Assembly: GCF_006345805.1 (NCBI RefSeq) | Contig: NC_043003.1 | Coordinates: forward strand, 104,532,001 to 104,596,000 | Source of the DNA: Octopus sinensis | Taxonomy: Eukaryota | DNA length: 64,000 nt | Direction of reading: 5' to 3' | Shown: one piece after another, positions 12,458 to 25,134 of the stretch | Position numbering within the stretch: the stretch's first letter is position 1 | How the letters are laid out: the number at the start of each line of letters is the position of its first letter | The notes under the pieces: generated by a model | The model's input: the letters and a program-made list of their open reading frames with translations, nothing else | Told to the model about the DNA's origin: nothing | The model's database searches: none | Position numbers and translations under genes: made by a program

Positions 12458-15400
12458 AAAGTAAGGTAGGGGTTATGGGTGTAACCCACTATGAGGTATC
12501 ATTTATCCAATATACTGTTGGTAAATAAGTATTATATTTTTTTTAAATGCCTACAACCCTAGTATGTTGACATCTATAGGCAAAGAAAAATGAGATTCAC
12601 TGTTGACCATAGGTTGAAACAGCTGTAAGAAATAATTTCTGGATTTCGATAATTTATAATATGACTTTTAATAACTGTATTTGTATTATTATATTATCTA
12701 TTGATTTATATAATATTTTGTATGCTTTTGATGTTTTCATTTGTAATATGAATAAATAATCCAATATTTTAATATCCGTAAGTTGATAAACAAACTGAAT
12801 TTGTTTCTCCATTTTCTTATTTGTATCATATATCATCATCGTTTAACGTCCGTTCTCCATGCTAGCATGGGTTGGACAGTTCGACCGGGGATCTGGGAAG
12901 CCAGAAGGCTGCCCCAGGCTCCGGTCTTATCTGGCAGTGTTTCTACAGCTGGATGCCCTTCCTAACGCCAACCACTACGTGAGTGTAGTGGGTGCTTTTT
13001 ACATGCCACCTGCACTGGAGCCAGGCGAGGCTGGCATCGGCCACGGTCGGATTGGTGCATTTTACGTGCCACCTGCATATATATATATACATCACTTCCT
13101 CACAATAAACTCATTTCTGATTTTAGGCACAAGATTATCAATCAATCAATCCTAATACTTACCTGGTACTTTATTACATCAACCCTGAAAAGATGAAAGA
13201 CTTAGCTGTCTTCAACAGGGATTGAACTCAGAATGTAAAGTGCCAGAACAAATAGTACAAGATTTTTTTGTTTTAAATCCTACCAGTTTACCACCTCCCA
13301 CCCCGCTCAATAACGTTTTATAAAGAATGGTAAAAGCACAAGATGTTGAAATTGTCTGCCTGCAAACATTTTTCTGAACTAGTTACCATAGGTTCAGTGT
13401 TGTGGGTCAATAAAATATTCAATATTAGTAAAACCTGTGGAAATTCCACAGAACAAAAAAGATTAAGAGAAGCTATTTAAAAAAAAAAAAGGATGATTTG
13501 CATTTTTATTTTGCTAAGTTATTTCATGTCTAGTAACAATAATATATTATATGATTTTAAAATGTCCCTCTGCTAAGCACTTTATATTTCTCTCTTCAAC
13601 AAACTTTTTAACCATGTAACCCCCTTCTTCATGTCTTTAACATTTCCCTCTTTCTCTTCACCTCACATTTCCACTAACCACATGAGTGACAGCATAATGC
13701 ATTGGCTGGCTATCTGCTCTCTCATTTGCTAACATTTCATCTTCATCTCTTCATCTCCACCTTTTCCTCCTCCTCTCTAACAAACTAAAGTGTAAAGTGT
13801 GAAAGAACAGGTAGAAGAATAATATTATAGATTTAGTTCAATAAAAAATTCTTTGCACTATCAACACACCACCACCACCACCATAGTTTTCAGTAACAAA
13901 ACTCATTTCATTTCCTTTTCGTTTAGTTGTTTGTTTATATCTATTTTTTCTTGCTGTTGCTGTTTCTCTATTCTGATAATACAAACATTATCTCTCCTTC
14001 TCTCTCAATATAACTGCTTCCACTGTCTCTCTCTCTCTTTATCTTCCTTTCTTTAACCTCACTACCAGAACATCACCCTCTGCTAAATATTGTATCTCAA
14101 ACATATCTTTTTCTCTTTACCTTTCCCTCCCTACCCTACAGCACATCATTAACACTTCTCTCTCCCTCTTTTCTCTCACTGGCTTTTTCTCTTGCTCTTT
14201 GCCTTTCCCTTTAACTAACTAGGTGAAGCATTGGGCCTTTCTCTACTTCTTCCTCAATTCTTTCTTCTTTACTCACACTCTTCCCCTCCTCTCACTTTTA
14301 CTCCACCTCCATCTCTCTAACTAAAGTATAACAGGCAAATGAACAAGCAGATTATTATATAGCTACTGTGTCAATTTAACTGTTTATTCATTGTATCTTA
14401 CAAGGTTTGAACTTGTTCCCAATGAAAAAAATCAATGATGATGATGGCCAAAAAATAATATACACGATAAACAATTTGCTCGGTGCTTATAATACTAAAG
14501 ATATTGCAGATGAGTCAGCTATATTATTAAAACCTCACTTAAGTAAATGAAATCAGTATTTCTAATAAATGTATAAAACTAGTTTTAAATACACCAAATG
14601 GCTTCATTTTTTTAAACCTGATCACACAGCTTATCAAAAGTCATCAGCTGCCTTACCGTAAATAGTGAAACATGCATGATATCAGTAGATTAGAAATGAA
14701 GTTTTTTTTATTTGTCTTAAGCATTTTTAAAAGTGGAATAGTTAATTGAAGCCCAATATATTACTGATACCTACTTTATCAATACTGGAGATTCAATATT
14801 GATGATAAAGACTAAATATCGAAAGTTTTGATATCAGTGCTTTCTTATTTCTACAAATTTGCAACCTAGTATCACCCAAATGAGACATACTTGAATGAGA
14901 TATGTTCCTTCTCAAGTCACTCCTGGCTCATAAGGGCCAGTTTCCTTGGCGTAGATGCCAGTCCGTTGCAGGTGAGCTACAAGATGCAGGAGGAAAGAGT
15001 GAAAGTTGTGGCGAAAGAGTCAGCAGAAGTTCGCCATTACCTTCTGCCGGAGCCACGTGGAGCTTAGGTGTTTCACTCATAAACACACATATCGCCCAGT
15101 CTGTGATTCGAACCCACGATCCCTCGACCGCGAGTCCGCTGCTCTAACCATTAGGCCATGTGCCTCCACAATGAGATATGGACTCTGCAAGACACAGCAG
15201 ACTACCAGTCTATGAGAGTAGTTATTCCAAAGAGGAACTGAAAATGAATGAAAAGGAGTCTAGACTAACTGTAGATAACCACTCTTAGCACCAGTGGCAT
15301 GACAAAATTTATCCAGTCCACACCGTAATATACAAACAACAAAACTAACGAGTTACTCAGTGTTGTAAGAGAGATGGTGTTGAGCAAGATGCTATGAAAC

Positions 15401-18400
15401 CAGTTCAAGGAAAAATAATCATATAATGACATTTGCTGAAACAAAATAAAAATATAAATTTAAAACTGACCGGAGATTTTTCAACAGTTGAAAGAAAATT
15501 TGACCAGAGATCATCAATATTAAGCAAATGTAACAGGGCTGATATACAAGTGGCACGGACATAACTTTCGCCATCAGATAAGCTGGAGTAAGCTAACGAA
15601 TGAAGTTTATTCTCCTGTACCCACGACTGAAGTTCAGGTGCTGTTAAAGAGAAGTGAAGTGAAATATAGAAATGGTGATTTTTCTTGTGTCAAAGACAAA
15701 TGATTTTTTTATAATTAGGTAGAAAATCAACTATCATCATCATCATCATCTTAATGTTCATTTTTCCATGCTCCTGTGGGCCAGATGATATTTATTGAAG
15801 CAGATTTTTTATGCTTGGATACAAAGTGTACTGGGTACTTTTTATGTGGCACCAGACATATAAAAGAAGGGAGGCCACAAAGTGTTGGCACTCTGTCCGT
15901 TATGACGACGAGGGTTCCAGTTGAACCGATCAACAGAACAGCCTGCTCGTGAAATTAATGTGCAAGTGGCTGAGCACTCCACAGACACGTGTACCCTTAA
16001 CGTAGTTCTCGGAGAGATTCAGCGTGACACACAATGTGACAAGAAAGGGACAGAAGCATGTATCATGCTGAAGAGGTAATGGGGAGAGAGAATAGGGATA
16101 GAGAAACAGAAAGGGTAGGCAAGTGTGCAAGAGAGAAAAGAGTAAAAAAGGGGATTAGCAACGGGGGTAGGAGTGAATGCAGTGAGTGTGCTGGAGTGAA
16201 AAAGAGTGACAGATAATGAGGAATGAGGTAAATAGAAGTAAATGTCAGTTTAAGGGGAGAGAAGTGAAGGAGAGGAAATTGAAGTGGGTCAGCAAGGAAG
16301 AGGAGGAGGTAAAGTATGGTAGTATGGATGCAATGTGAAGTGTAGGGGGATCATTTAGAGCATTTAAGTGAACAGTACTACAGTTGGAAGTCACATGTTT
16401 GTCAGAAGCAGAGATCCCCAAACTTTTTACACAATCGACCCCTTCATGGAATCCTTGACCCCCCCTCACCAACCCCCAGGCATGTACAAGAGAATAAATA
16501 AATAATAATAATAACTAAGTAGCTGTGCAGTTTCCATATTCATTAGTGAGGGAAACTGCATGCCAAGCCCTGCAAAAGTGTTGTTCTCTATCCCCATCCC
16601 TTGTGAATATCTCTCAAGAAATATAGGGAAACAAAAAGCAAACATTGCTTACTGTCGTTGTGGAAATCATGAGAAATCATCACCACCATCATCATCATCG
16701 TTTAATGTCCGTTCTCCAAACTAGCATGGGTTGGACGGTTTGACCGGGATCCGGGAAGCCAGAAGGCTGCACCAGGCTCCAGTCTGATCTGGCAGTGTTT
16801 CTACAGCTGGATGCCCTTCCTAATGCCAACCACTCCGTGAGTGTAGTGGGTGCTTTTTATGTGCCACCAGCACAGGTGCCAGGCAAGGCTGGCAACAACC
16901 ACGATCGGATTGGTGCTTTTTACGTGCCACCGGCACGGAAGCCAGTCAAGGTGGCGCTGGCATCGGCCACGTATGGATGGTGCTTTTTACGTGCCACCGG
17001 CACATGTGCAAAATATTGAATATAAATGTTGGAATTCAACATAAAGTGTTCAAACTTATTGAAATATGTGGAAATGCAAATTGATAAAATTAATATGTTG
17101 CATGAAATATTGGATTGATCAATAAAAAGAGAGGAGAATCTGTTTGCTGTTATTTGGTGCCTAATATTAAATACATTAAAAAAAATTAATGTAGCTTTTT
17201 ATTGAATTGGTTGACATCATTAATGGGAAGATTGTGTTTGATGAGCATTAGAAAGGGCATTGATATTCGGTTGGAGATTGGTGAGTTTTAATCATAAGTC
17301 ACCATTCTCTTCCAGGGTCAGTCTGTTTCTCTGCTTTGTTAGAAATGCATTTGCATGGCTAAAACCAGCTTCAACCATGTACGAATTTGGGAATGCAAGT
17401 AAAAATAGCTCAACCGCTGCACAAAGCTTGGGATATTTAGCAGCAGTATTTACATTGCTCCAATAGTCGCCGAGACTTTTACTTCTGAACAATGATGTAT
17501 CTTCGAGATTCACACACATATCAAGTTCATCTTCTAAGTGAGATTCAATGTCTGCATTTTCTATTCCCAAATGAAATGGTGCAACAATCCAGCTGGGTAC
17601 ATGCATTTTCTCCAGGTCCTTGAAACATACTTTAAAGTCTTCTCTTAATTTTTCAAGGTGCTTTATGTATATATCTAAATCATAGTCTGAAATATTTTCA
17701 TCTTCCAATTGCCACAAGTTTGAAAAATATTTAAAATTTCTATGCGCCAATGAAGATTTAAGTAGCCCCATTTTGACTCGGAAGCCTATTAGGATTGAAC
17801 AACTGTAACATCTTTACCTTGCGTACGATTCTGTATTTCATTAAATTTTGAATATAGGTCTGCCAAATAGAACAGGTGGTTCTTACACATTTCCAACTCG
17901 TCACATAGTGATGGGTCTACACCTGTAAGAAGCTTCACAGTTGAGCCATAGAGGTCAACAAGTCTTTGCAAGCTGTCACCACTTGCCAACCACCTTACCT
18001 CAATGTGCAAAAGTAATTGGTTCAAAGTTTCATCATTTTTTTCACATCATCATCATTTAGCATCCGTTTTCCATGCTAGCATGGGTTGGACTAACATAAC
18101 ATTGCAAATATTTGTGAATTGAGAGGATGAGCTTTAATTTTATTGACTGACCTGATACACACTTTTAAGGCACCATGCAGTTCACCACTAAGTCTTTTGG
18201 CTACAAGACGGTGACTGTGTAAAACACAGTGAACAGTATGTACATTGGGAACCTTTTCCTTGAGTAAGGTGGCAAATCATTGTTGGTGCACCATCAGTAG
18301 CCACTGCAGTAATATTCCTGAGGGGAACATTGCGTTTCTTCAAATAATCCTCCAAACACAGGAAAAAATTCTCTCACCTTTCGTATCACCTTTAATGTAC

Positions 18401-21400
18401 TTAGCAAACAAAAACTTGTCAACAATGTCCTTTAGGCTTGGACTATAATACCTCACATAGGCCATGAGAATATTTGAACTGCCAAAAGTTGATTCATTGA
18501 GTTGAACAGAAAACTTGCAATGTTGAAGCTCAGATGCCAAGGTTCTCTCCACATCGTTGGTCATCTCATCAATGCATTGTTGCACTGTATTTGCACTTAA
18601 TGGTATGCATTTTAGAACAGGTTGAGAGACTTTCTTCATAACATTTTCAATCATCATCATCATCATCGTTTAACATCCGCTTTCCATGCTAGCATGGGTT
18701 GGACGATTTAACTGAGGGATGGCGAACCAGATGGCTGCACCAGGCTTCAATCTTGATCTGGCAGAGTTTCTACAGCTGGATGCCCTTCCTAATGCCAACC
18801 ACTCTGAGAGTGGGTACTTTTACGTGCCACTGGCACGGGACCAGTCAAGTGGCACTGGCAATGACCTTGCTTGAATCCTCGGCACAAGTGCCAGTAAGGC
18901 GATGCTGGTAACAATCACGCTCGAATGGTGTCTCTTATGTGCCACCAGCACGGAGGCCAGATAGCCGCTCTGGCAATGATATCGCTCAGATGGTGCTCTT
19001 AATACCCTACTAGCACGGGGCTTGAGTGCCAGTAATGCGACACTGGTAACGATCACACTCGAATGGTGCCTTTTAAGTGCCACTGGCATGGAAGCCGGTT
19101 AGCCGCTCTGTCAATGATCACACTTGTATGGTGCTCTTTGCACCCCGCTAGCACGGACGCCAGTCATCAAATTTGATTTTGTGCTGGTATTGTGATCTCT
19201 TCACCAAGGGTATATGATTTTCCTTTCTTTGCTATATTAAGGGAGATGCTGTATAATGTCTTCAGTCCTCTTTCATTATCAGCACTGGCAGATGCTTCAA
19301 AAAATTTCTTGAAATTTGGTTGATTTCTAAATTTTTCTTTCAGCGTCTTAAAAAAAATCAAGATCTTTGTTTGTCTTAACAGAATGGATCTTTCCAAGGT
19401 GGTCTTTCAATTTTGTGGGTTTCACGGCCGCATTACTGAAAGCCTTTTCTCATAACAGGCACATCAGCATTGTTTCATTAGTAAATGAAGGTAAGAATCC
19501 AAATTTCAAAAACTCTTGTGAATATTGTCTGCACTTCTTAGCGTTAGTGGCTATCATTGTGCTTACTAGAAAATGGGTAAATTTAAACAGTAAATGCACA
19601 GTTATCAGTTCACTGACACCAATCCAATAGCTATGGGTGTCCCTGGACTAGTTGGCTCCAATGGCCATCTGATGGTGGCTCTGGCCAGCAAGCATGTGCT
19701 ACGTATCAGGCACTCAGTTGATCTATGTCTCTCTTTCCCTGTATGTATGTGTAGTGGTTGGAATGTTTGTGTGTATTTGTATGTTTACACACCACCATTC
19801 TACACTCAATTGGGTTCTGTCTCTGCAATGTTTGATGTTATTGTAAGTGAAAGAATTGTCAATGCTGCTTCTGTGTGACTGTAGGTTTGTATGGGCACCA
19901 ACCACGTTGGAGAGTCAGCAATAGATGTATCAGAAAGTTGTATTTTATGTATTTGTAGTCCTTATACGAATGTCAGCTTTCAATCCCAAAAGTTCAATTG
20001 ACCCCACTTCTGACCCTCAGGCACTTATCAACCCCTTGAATAGTCCTATTGAGCCTTAGAGGTCAATATCAACCACTTTTGAGACCCTTGGTCTAAAGTT
20101 TTAAGCTTTGTAATAGGAAGTAAATAGAAAAGATAGGAAACATTTAGATATTCTAAGTGTTTTTATCTAAAAGCTATAAACCTGTGTTCCATACCCACTC
20201 AGGAAAGCTGTCAGTGGTGAAAGTTGATTCAAATAGTGTTTAATACATTCTTAATCTTTCAGTAAACATAATCACTGGATAGACAAAAGTTCAGGGGTGA
20301 CCAACACAAACTTATTCCAAGGATTACCTCACTGTGGAATTAATTGTCTTTAAGTCCTGTAATCATCTGCCCAGCCTTACTCATCTCTCTTTCTTTTTTA
20401 CATTCATGTATACCTATTTCTTTACTACACACAAGGGGCTAAACACAGAGAGGACATACAAGGACAGACAAACGGATTAAGTCGATTATATCAACCCCAG
20501 TGTGTAACTGGTACTTATTTAAACGACCCCGAAAGGATGAAAGGCAAAGTCAACCTCGGCGGAATTTGAACTCAGAATGTAATGGCAAACGAAATACCTA
20601 TTTCTTTACGACCCACAAGAGAGACAAAGTGGACCTCGGCAGAATTTGAATTCAGAATGTAACAGCAGACGAAATACCGCAAAGCATTTCGCCCGGCGTG
20701 CTAACGTTTCTGCCAGCTCGCCACCTTTATATTCATGTATACCAATGTGAATATTGTGAAGTGTTTATGTTCTTGTAAAAGGGAGGAACTTTCTAAATAA
20801 GAGATGTATGTTACATTAATATTTACCTTTAAATGTAGTGTCCCACAAAATAGCAGGAAGTCTAGTGACATAAAACCAGTAAAAAAAGACAGAAGAATTT
20901 TGAAAAATACAGACAACAGAAACAAGACAACTTACTGTTAGAAGCTGCAAAACTTTTAGAGAGAAACTCCATAGCAGAATCTCTGATTTCCCACTGAGGA
21001 TGACACAGACAATACTTAATGACACTAGACACTTTGCTTGGTAAGTCTTTTACTGTGGAGTCAGTCATGGTATTGTTGGTGCCTTTGTCTGTTGAATCGA
21101 TGGCATCTTTCATCTTCAGCACTGGCAGCATGTATAACCAGAGACAATCAAAAGATTGACTGACAACCTATTGTAAAAACACATTGGTGTAATTCTTCAG
21201 ATATATCTCAGACTCTCTTATGACATTTATATCAATTATCTTGTGCTTGCATGGAATGAATTATCTTTACAGTTGAATATCCTTGCTTCTGCTAATAACT
21301 CAACTGTGAAGTTGATGTCTAATTGTGTATCCAGACACCCAAACTAGAATAAGAAAAGCTGTGTCTTTCACAAGACCTGTTGAGGCAAGTGAAATCGAAA

Positions 21401-24400
21401 TCGATCAAAAATCAATGGAAATTGTAGTTGTGATACCAGTGCCAGTGGCACGTAAGGGAACCATCCGAACGTGGCTGTTGCCAGTGCCGCCTTGACTGGC
21501 CTCCGTGCCGGTGACACGTAAAAAGCACCAACCGATCGTGGCCATTGCCAGCCTCGCTTGGCACCTGTGCCAGTGGCACATAAAAAGCACCCACTACACT
21601 CTTGGAGTGGTTGGCGTTAGGAAGGGCATCCAGCTGTAGAAACACTGCCGGATCAAACTGGAGCCTGGTGCAGCCTCCTGGCTTCCCAGACCCCGGTCGA
21701 ACCATCCAACCCATGCTAGCATGGAAAGCGGACGTTAAACGATGATGATTGACAATAACATTAGGTTCAGTATGTTAATCTTACAGCAATCGTATCTCCA
21801 TGGATATCATACCTTAGATTTCCTCTTCTCACTATCTCTATTGAGTCTTACTTTTAAATACTCTACTAAACTTTCCTTAAGACAAGAGCCTACACAAGAT
21901 GAAGCTAAACATTTATCTCACTAGCCTGTACCACCTCATCAGACTAAAGAACAAGTGTAGAGCTGCAGTAACTCTCCCCAAGAGTTGAGTCTAAACAAAA
22001 GAGTTAGCTAACAGTACTTACAATCAATTACCTAACAATACTCACCCACTTTGGAGCATAGTAAATGGGTGACCTTGTGTTTAGGTTAGAAATCATTATT
22101 TTTGGCTCTACAATGGCAAGTATCATAGAGCAAGAAGAAAAAGACTCCTGTTGTGTCAAATCTGAACCAGTTTTGATTTCTGGTTGAAAGTAGCTCTTGA
22201 GAAAGATAGCAGCATCAATTAATCTCATCTTCCTTGAGGCGTGTATGTGTGTGTGTTGTAAAATAACTATTATCCATATATTGGATAAGTTTGAGGTATG
22301 TGCCACAGTATGGCACTAAGTTCTTGGCAAACTTTATAATTTGGCTGAGACTCTCACCTGAAGTCACTTAATACATAACACTAATGCTCTTTACATAAAA
22401 AAAAAATCCCTCTCCATCTTTCTTCCAACATAAGAAAAGTTACAGGAATTTATTTTGATCAGGGACCCATCTTGGCCTGAACGGTCAACTTTTGTAGAAA
22501 AGAGGCATTATCATCTCTAATATATTACTGATACTTCGATACTTATTTTATTAATTCCAGGGGTATAAAAAGCAAAGCTGATTCTAGCAGGATTTAAACT
22601 CATAGGTAGAGAGACTAATCTAAAGCTATCTTTTCCCATTTCTAACAGCTAAATGTTCCAAGAAATGCTATAAAATTCATTTCTGATATAAGCAGGAGAG
22701 TTTCAATTAAATTCGCTCCAATATTTATTTTAGTGAATTTCTTGAAATATACAGAACAAAATTGACTGCATAGGAATTGAACTCAGAAAGAAGAGATGTA
22801 ATTAATTACCACAAGCCATTAAGTTAGATGCTCTATCATCCACTGCACTCAAAGAAATTCTACTATCTACCACACTCAAAGAAATGCCATAGAGGTTTAT
22901 TTTCAATGAAACACCAAGAATGAAGCTGAGTCAGCACCACTCACCAAAAGATTCTGGCCAATTTCTTGCACAATGTTCACTAAAATATTGATCAACATAA
23001 CTTGGCAGTCTTGACTGATAAGAAATTCTGATTTGTTGCCTGCAAATAGAACACATACAAGGGAGTAAGTAATACAACAGAGCATGGCAGGCAGATGTGA
23101 GGATATACAGGGTGGGGCAGAGAGGACAGACGTTTTTGAAAAATTTACAAAATTATTTATTTTAGCTGCAAACAAATTTTATTGACATCAATGTGGTCAT
23201 ATTGAATTAGCATTTGTCAAAATCAAGTGTGGAAAACAACATCCATCATGTGGTGTCTGTTTCCATTGATGCATTTCTGAAGGCGTTCTTGGAAGTTGGC
23301 CTCTCTCCAGCATTGCTCTGTCAATTTGGGTGACTTCCATGCAAATAGCTTCCTTCAAATTGTCCAATGTACAGGGCTTATGCACATAGACATGTGCCTT
23401 AAGGTTTCCACACAAGAAATAATCACACATGGACAAATCAGGGGACTGAGGGGGTAAGAAATATCAGCAAACCTAGAAATGAGGTGGTCACCGAAGAGAG
23501 GGCGAAGAACATCCATTGATGCTCTGGCTGTCGCCCTGTCCTACTGAAACCACACACATCGAATAGGCATGCGCTTTCATCATAATTCAGGCAGAAAGAA
23601 GTTGCTTATCATCTCGATGTAACACTCAGAGTTCACAGTAACAGCATTTCCATTATTGTCTTCAAATAAGTAAAGACCAATGATGGCAGCTTTTCCATTA
23701 GCACATCAGACCATCACTTTTAGGCTACGCAACGGTCTTTCATGCAGTTCTCTTCGATTTTCAAGAGCCCAACAGCGACAGTTCTGTTGATTCACTATGC
23801 CATTGAGATGAAAATGAGTTTCATCAGTCATTAACAAAATGAGGTTATCATTTGCCTCAAAAACTGCTTCCATCTGATGTGTGAAGTTAAGCTGCTGTAC
23901 ATAGTCCCATAGTTTTAACTATAGTGCTCATAGTCGACAGAGTGTAAGTACCTTGAGAGAAAAGTTGGACCTAAGAGGAATCAGATGTTGTGTGCAAGAG
24001 AGACGATTGCGCTGGTATGGTCATGTGGTGAGAATGGATGAAGATAGGTGTGTGAAAAAGTGCCACACCCTGGCAGTTGAGGGGACCTGTGGAAGAGGTA
24101 GACCCAGGAAAACCTGGATCGAGGTGGTGAAGCACGACCTTCGAACTCTAGGTCTCACCAAGGAAATGACCAGAGACCGAGACCTATGGAAGTATGCTGT
24201 GCGTGAGAAGACCCGGCAAGACCAGTGAGAACAATCAAAATCAAATCATATATCAGAAAGCAGGGGTTAAGTGACCCATCTGTTCGTGTCCGCTGTCAGC
24301 CTCGTCTGGCACCCGTGCCGGTGATACGTAAAAGCACCATTCGCTCATGGCCGTTTGCCAGCTCTGCCTGGCCCCGTGTCGGTGGCACGTAAAAGCACCA

Positions 24401-25097
24401 TCCGTTCGTGTTCGTTGCCAGCCTCGCCTGGCCCCGTGCCGGTGACACGTAAAAGCACCGTCCGTTCGTGGCCGTTGGCCAGCTCTGTCTGGCCCCATGT
24501 CGGTGGCACGTAAAAGCACCATCCGTTCGTGGCCATTTGCCAGCTCTGTCTGGCCCCGTGTCGGTGGCACGTAAAAGCACCATCTGTCCGTGTCCGTTGC
24601 CAGCCTCGGCTGGCCCCCGTGCCGGTGACACGTAAAAGCACCGTCCGCTCGTGGCCGTTTGCCAGCTCTGTCTGGCAACCGTGTCGGTGGCACGTAAAAG
24701 CACCATCTGTTCGCGTCCGTTGCCAGCCTCGGCTGGCCCCCGTGCCGGTGACACGTAAAAGCACCATCCGTTCGTGGCCATTTGCCAGCCCTGTCTGGCC
24801 CCGTGTCGGTGGCACGTAAAAGCACCATCCGTTCGTGTCCGTTGCCAGCATCGCCTGGCCCCGTGCCGGTGACACGTAAAAGCACCATCCGTTCGTGGCC
24901 GTTCGCCAGCTCTGTCTGGCACCTGTGCAGGTGGAACATAAAAAACACCCACTACACTCGCGGAGTGGTTGGCGTTAGGAAGGGCATCCAGCCGTAGAAA
25001 CACTGCCAGATCTGACTGGGCCTGACGAAGCCTTCCAGCTTCACAGACCCCAGTTGACCCGTCCAACCCATGCTAGCATGGTAAACGGACGCTAAAC

Positions 25098-25134
<37 letters not shown>

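Larger units (their letters stand above)
16409..20090 (-). mobile_element. hAT/Buster (Charlie-like) DNA transposon fossil, interrupted by RTE 3' fragments
   Basis: Degenerate TIRs CAGAGATCCCCAAAC / TTTGAGACCCTTG; near-TSD gtcagaag / gtctaaag; broken transposase RQYSQEFLKFGF, IPLSANTV, LHIEVRWLASG, AFPNSYMVEAGFS. Confidence 0.85.

Noticed and set aside
15360-15437. Short open frame with AG/GT next to BRAT1 exon 10
   Set aside because: It would need a 33-nt intron, and exon 10 already joins exon 11 in phase 0.
21260-21345. Possible extra BRAT1 exon (FGCLDTQ...)
   Set aside because: Its donor phase does not fit exon 9; exons 8 and 9 join directly.
24253-25066. Several long ORFs (96-256 aa) and a CRISPR-like regular spacing
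   Set aside because: The ORFs are stop-poor translations of the 61-bp tandem repeat. There are no unique spacers and no cas genes, and the context is a eukaryotic LINE 3'UTR.
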